A stretch of DNA of 32,000 bases from contig NC_000908.2 in NCBI RefSeq assembly GCF_000027325.1, forward strand, positions 210,001-242,000, in the 5' to 3' direction. The position numbers and the translations under genes are program-made. This document shows positions 30,323-32,000 of the stretch, piece after piece. The notes under the pieces were generated by a model. It saw only the letters and a program-made list of their open reading frames with translations, searched no databases and was not told the DNA's origin. The stretch comes from Mycoplasmoides genitalium G37 (lineage in GTDB: Bacteria > Bacillota_I > Bacilli_A > Mycoplasmatales > Mycoplasmoidaceae). The stretch's first letter is position 1; each line of letters begins with the position of its first letter.

Positions 30323-32000
30323 ATGAAAAGTAACTACAGTGCAACTAACATCAAGATCTTAAAGGGTTTGGATGCAGTTAAAAAGCGTCCGGGGATGTAC
30401 ATTGGTTCTACTGATAGTAAGGGTCTGCACCACATGCTATGGGAAATTCTTGCTAACAGTGTTGATGAAGTTTTAGCTGGTTATGCAACCAATATTACTG
30501 TTACTTTAGATCTCAACAACACCATTACTGTTAGTGATGATGGCAGGGGTATTCCCTATGAGATCCACCAAGACAGTAACATCTCTACGATCGATACAGT
30601 TTTCACCTTTCTCCATGCAGGGGGGAAGTTTGATGATCAGTCATACAAACTAGCAGGGGGATTACATGGGGTTGGTGCATCAGTGGTCAATGCCTTAAGT
30701 GATCATTTAGAAGTAACAGTGAAAAGAAATGGTCAGATCTACCAATCAGTTTATCAAGCTGGGGGTAAGATCATCCAAAAAGCCAAAAAGATTGGTGATA
30801 CAACTAGCCATGGTACCACTGTTAGTTTCCATGCTGACCCTAAGGTCTTTAAAAAGGCTCAATTTGATAGCAACATTATTAAAAGCAGGTTAAAAGAGCT
30901 AAGCTTTCTGTTTGCTAAACTAAAGCTCACTTTTACTGATCAAAAAACTAATAAAACCACTGTTTTTTTTAGTACCTCAGGACTAGTTCAGTTCCTTGAT
31001 GAAATTAATAATACTGTAGAAACACTTGGCCAAAAAACACTGATTAAAGGTGAGAAGGATGGGATTGAAGTGGAAGTGGTTTTCCAGTTTAACCAATCAG
31101 ATCAAGAGACAATCTTATCATTTGCTAACTCGATTAAAACCTTTGAAGGAGGGAGTCATGAAAATGGGTTTTGTCTTGCCATTAGTGATGTGATCAACAG
31201 CTATTGCAGAAAGTACAACTTACTAAAAGAAAAAGATAAAAACTTTCAACTTAGTGAGATCAGACAAGGGTTGAATGCTATTATCAAAGTTAACTTACCT
31301 GAAAAAAACATCGCTTTTGAAGGACAAACTAAGAGTAAGTTGTTTTCAAAGGAAGTGAAAAACGTTGTTTATGAATTGGTCCAACAACACTATTTCCAGT
31401 TTCTGGAAAGAAACAACAATGATGCTAAATTGATCATTGATAAACTACTCAATGCTAGAAAGATTAAAGAGCAAATCAAACAACAACGTGAGTTGAAAAA
31501 AAGTTTATCAAGTCCCCAAAAAGAGAAGATCTTATTTGGGAAGTTAGCACCTTGTCAAACCAAAAAAACCAGTGAAAAAGAGTTGTTTATTGTTGAAGGT
31601 GATAGTGCTGGTGGCACTGCTAAAATGGGCCGTGATAGAATTTTTCAAGCTATCTTACCTTTGCGCGGCAAGGTGTTAAATGTTGAAAAAATTAACAATA
31701 AGAAGGAAGCGATCACTAACGAAGAGATCCTCACTTTAATCTTTTGTATTGGTACAGGGATTTTAACTAACTTCAACATCAAGGACTTAAAGTACGGAAA
31801 GATCATCATTATGACTGATGCAGATAATGATGGCGCACACATCCAAATCCTCTTACTTACCTTCTTTTATAGGTACATGCAACCCTTAATTGAACTGGGC
31901 CATGTCTATCTAGCTCTTCCTCCTTTATATAAACTGGAAACCAAAGATAGAAAAACAGTTAAATACCTCTGGAGTGATTTGGAGTTGGAATCAGTCAAAC
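30323..32000 (+). CDS. parE: Type IIA topoisomerase ATPase subunit, topoisomerase IV subunit B (MG203-like); 3' end outside the window
   Basis: ATG 30323, frame 2 open to the window edge. GHKL ATPase N-terminus (LDAVKKRPGMYIGSTDSKGLHHMLWEILANSVDE, GLHGVGASVVNALS) and Toprim (EGDSAGG, LPLRGKVLNVEK, IMTDADNDGAHI). Called parE rather than gyrB from the remembered gene order only. Confidence 0.85.
   Translation, partial: MKSNYSATNIKILKGLDAVKKRPGMYIGSTDSKGLHHMLWEILANSVDEVLAGYATNITVTLDLNNTITVSDDGRGIPYEIHQDSNISTIDTVFTFLHAGGKFDDQSYKLAGGLHGVGASVVNALSDHLEVTVKRNGQIYQSVYQAGGKIIQKAKKIGDTTSHGTTVSFHADPKVFKKAQFDSNIIKSRLKELSFLFAKLKLTFTDQKTNKTTVFFSTSGLVQFLDEINNTVETLGQKTLIKGEKDGIEVEVVFQFNQSDQETILSFANSIKTFEGGSHENGFCLAISDVINSYCRKYNLLKEKDKNFQLSEIRQGLNAIIKVNLPEKNIAFEGQTKSKLFSKEVKNVVYELVQQHYFQFLERNNNDAKLIIDKLLNARKIKEQIKQQRELKKSLSSPQKEKILFGKLAPCQTKKTSEKELFIVEGDSAGGTAKMGRDRIFQAILPLRGKVLNVEKINNKKEAITNEEILTLIFCIGTGILTNFNIKDLKYGKIIIMTDADNDGAHIQILLLTFFYRYMQPLIELGHVYLALPPLYKLETKDRKTVKYLWSDLELESVK

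Noticed and set aside
30963-30970. Homopolymer tracts as phase-variation switches (T8 in parE 30963-30970, T8 at 27194-27201 in rnhC, A8 at 30154-30161 in MG202, T8 at 8905-8912 in the permease)
   Set aside because: Runs of 8 are expected in DNA this AT-rich. They lie in housekeeping genes where on/off switching is implausible, and they encode ordinary Phe/Lys pairs.

Overview
Read with genetic code 4 (TGA = Trp), this window resolves into a compact, almost entirely plus-strand gene array. I recognise it as the MgPa adhesin locus of Mycoplasma (Mycoplasmoides) genitalium, G37-like. Locus names and literature statements are from memory, not from a search. Gene order: pepF 3' end; orphan N6-adenine methyltransferase; lipoprotein; silent MgPa-repeat archive (3556-5832); SNase-fold lipoprotein nuclease; ABC transporter (an ATPase with a large insertion plus two permeases); mgpA-mgpB-mgpC adhesin operon (10607-19067); strong terminator; two tiny basic ORFs; second MgPa-repeat archive (19455-21617); pheS-pheT; infC-rpmI-rplT; RNase HIII (minus strand); DnaJ-like MG200; grpE; MG202; tRNA-Thr(GGU) (minus strand); parE 5' part. 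The dominant system is the already described mgpB/mgpC segmental-recombination antigenic and phase variation system, seen here as one expression site bracketed by two donor archives. From the sequence I add four points. Both archives share one mosaic plan (B-EF-spacer-KL-G-M). Each block stays open in its cognate reading frame even where junctions shift frame. A conserved AT-rich spacer motif separates the mgpB-derived and mgpC-derived parts. A C-run cluster with G4/i-motif potential marks the left edge of the EF block. Less described candidates elsewhere are: a roughly 220-codon coiled-coil-like insertion in the ABC ATPase; a 52-aa membrane micro-ORF just before mgpA; twin basic micro-ORFs after the operon terminator; an orphan bidirectional hairpin in a structured 390-bp non-coding region; a ribbon-helix-helix-like N-terminus in MG202; and a minimal TTG-initiated RNase HIII that overlaps rplT convergently. 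I saw no rRNA, CRISPR array, transposase or prophage genes. I did not find a convincing wholly new multi-gene system.
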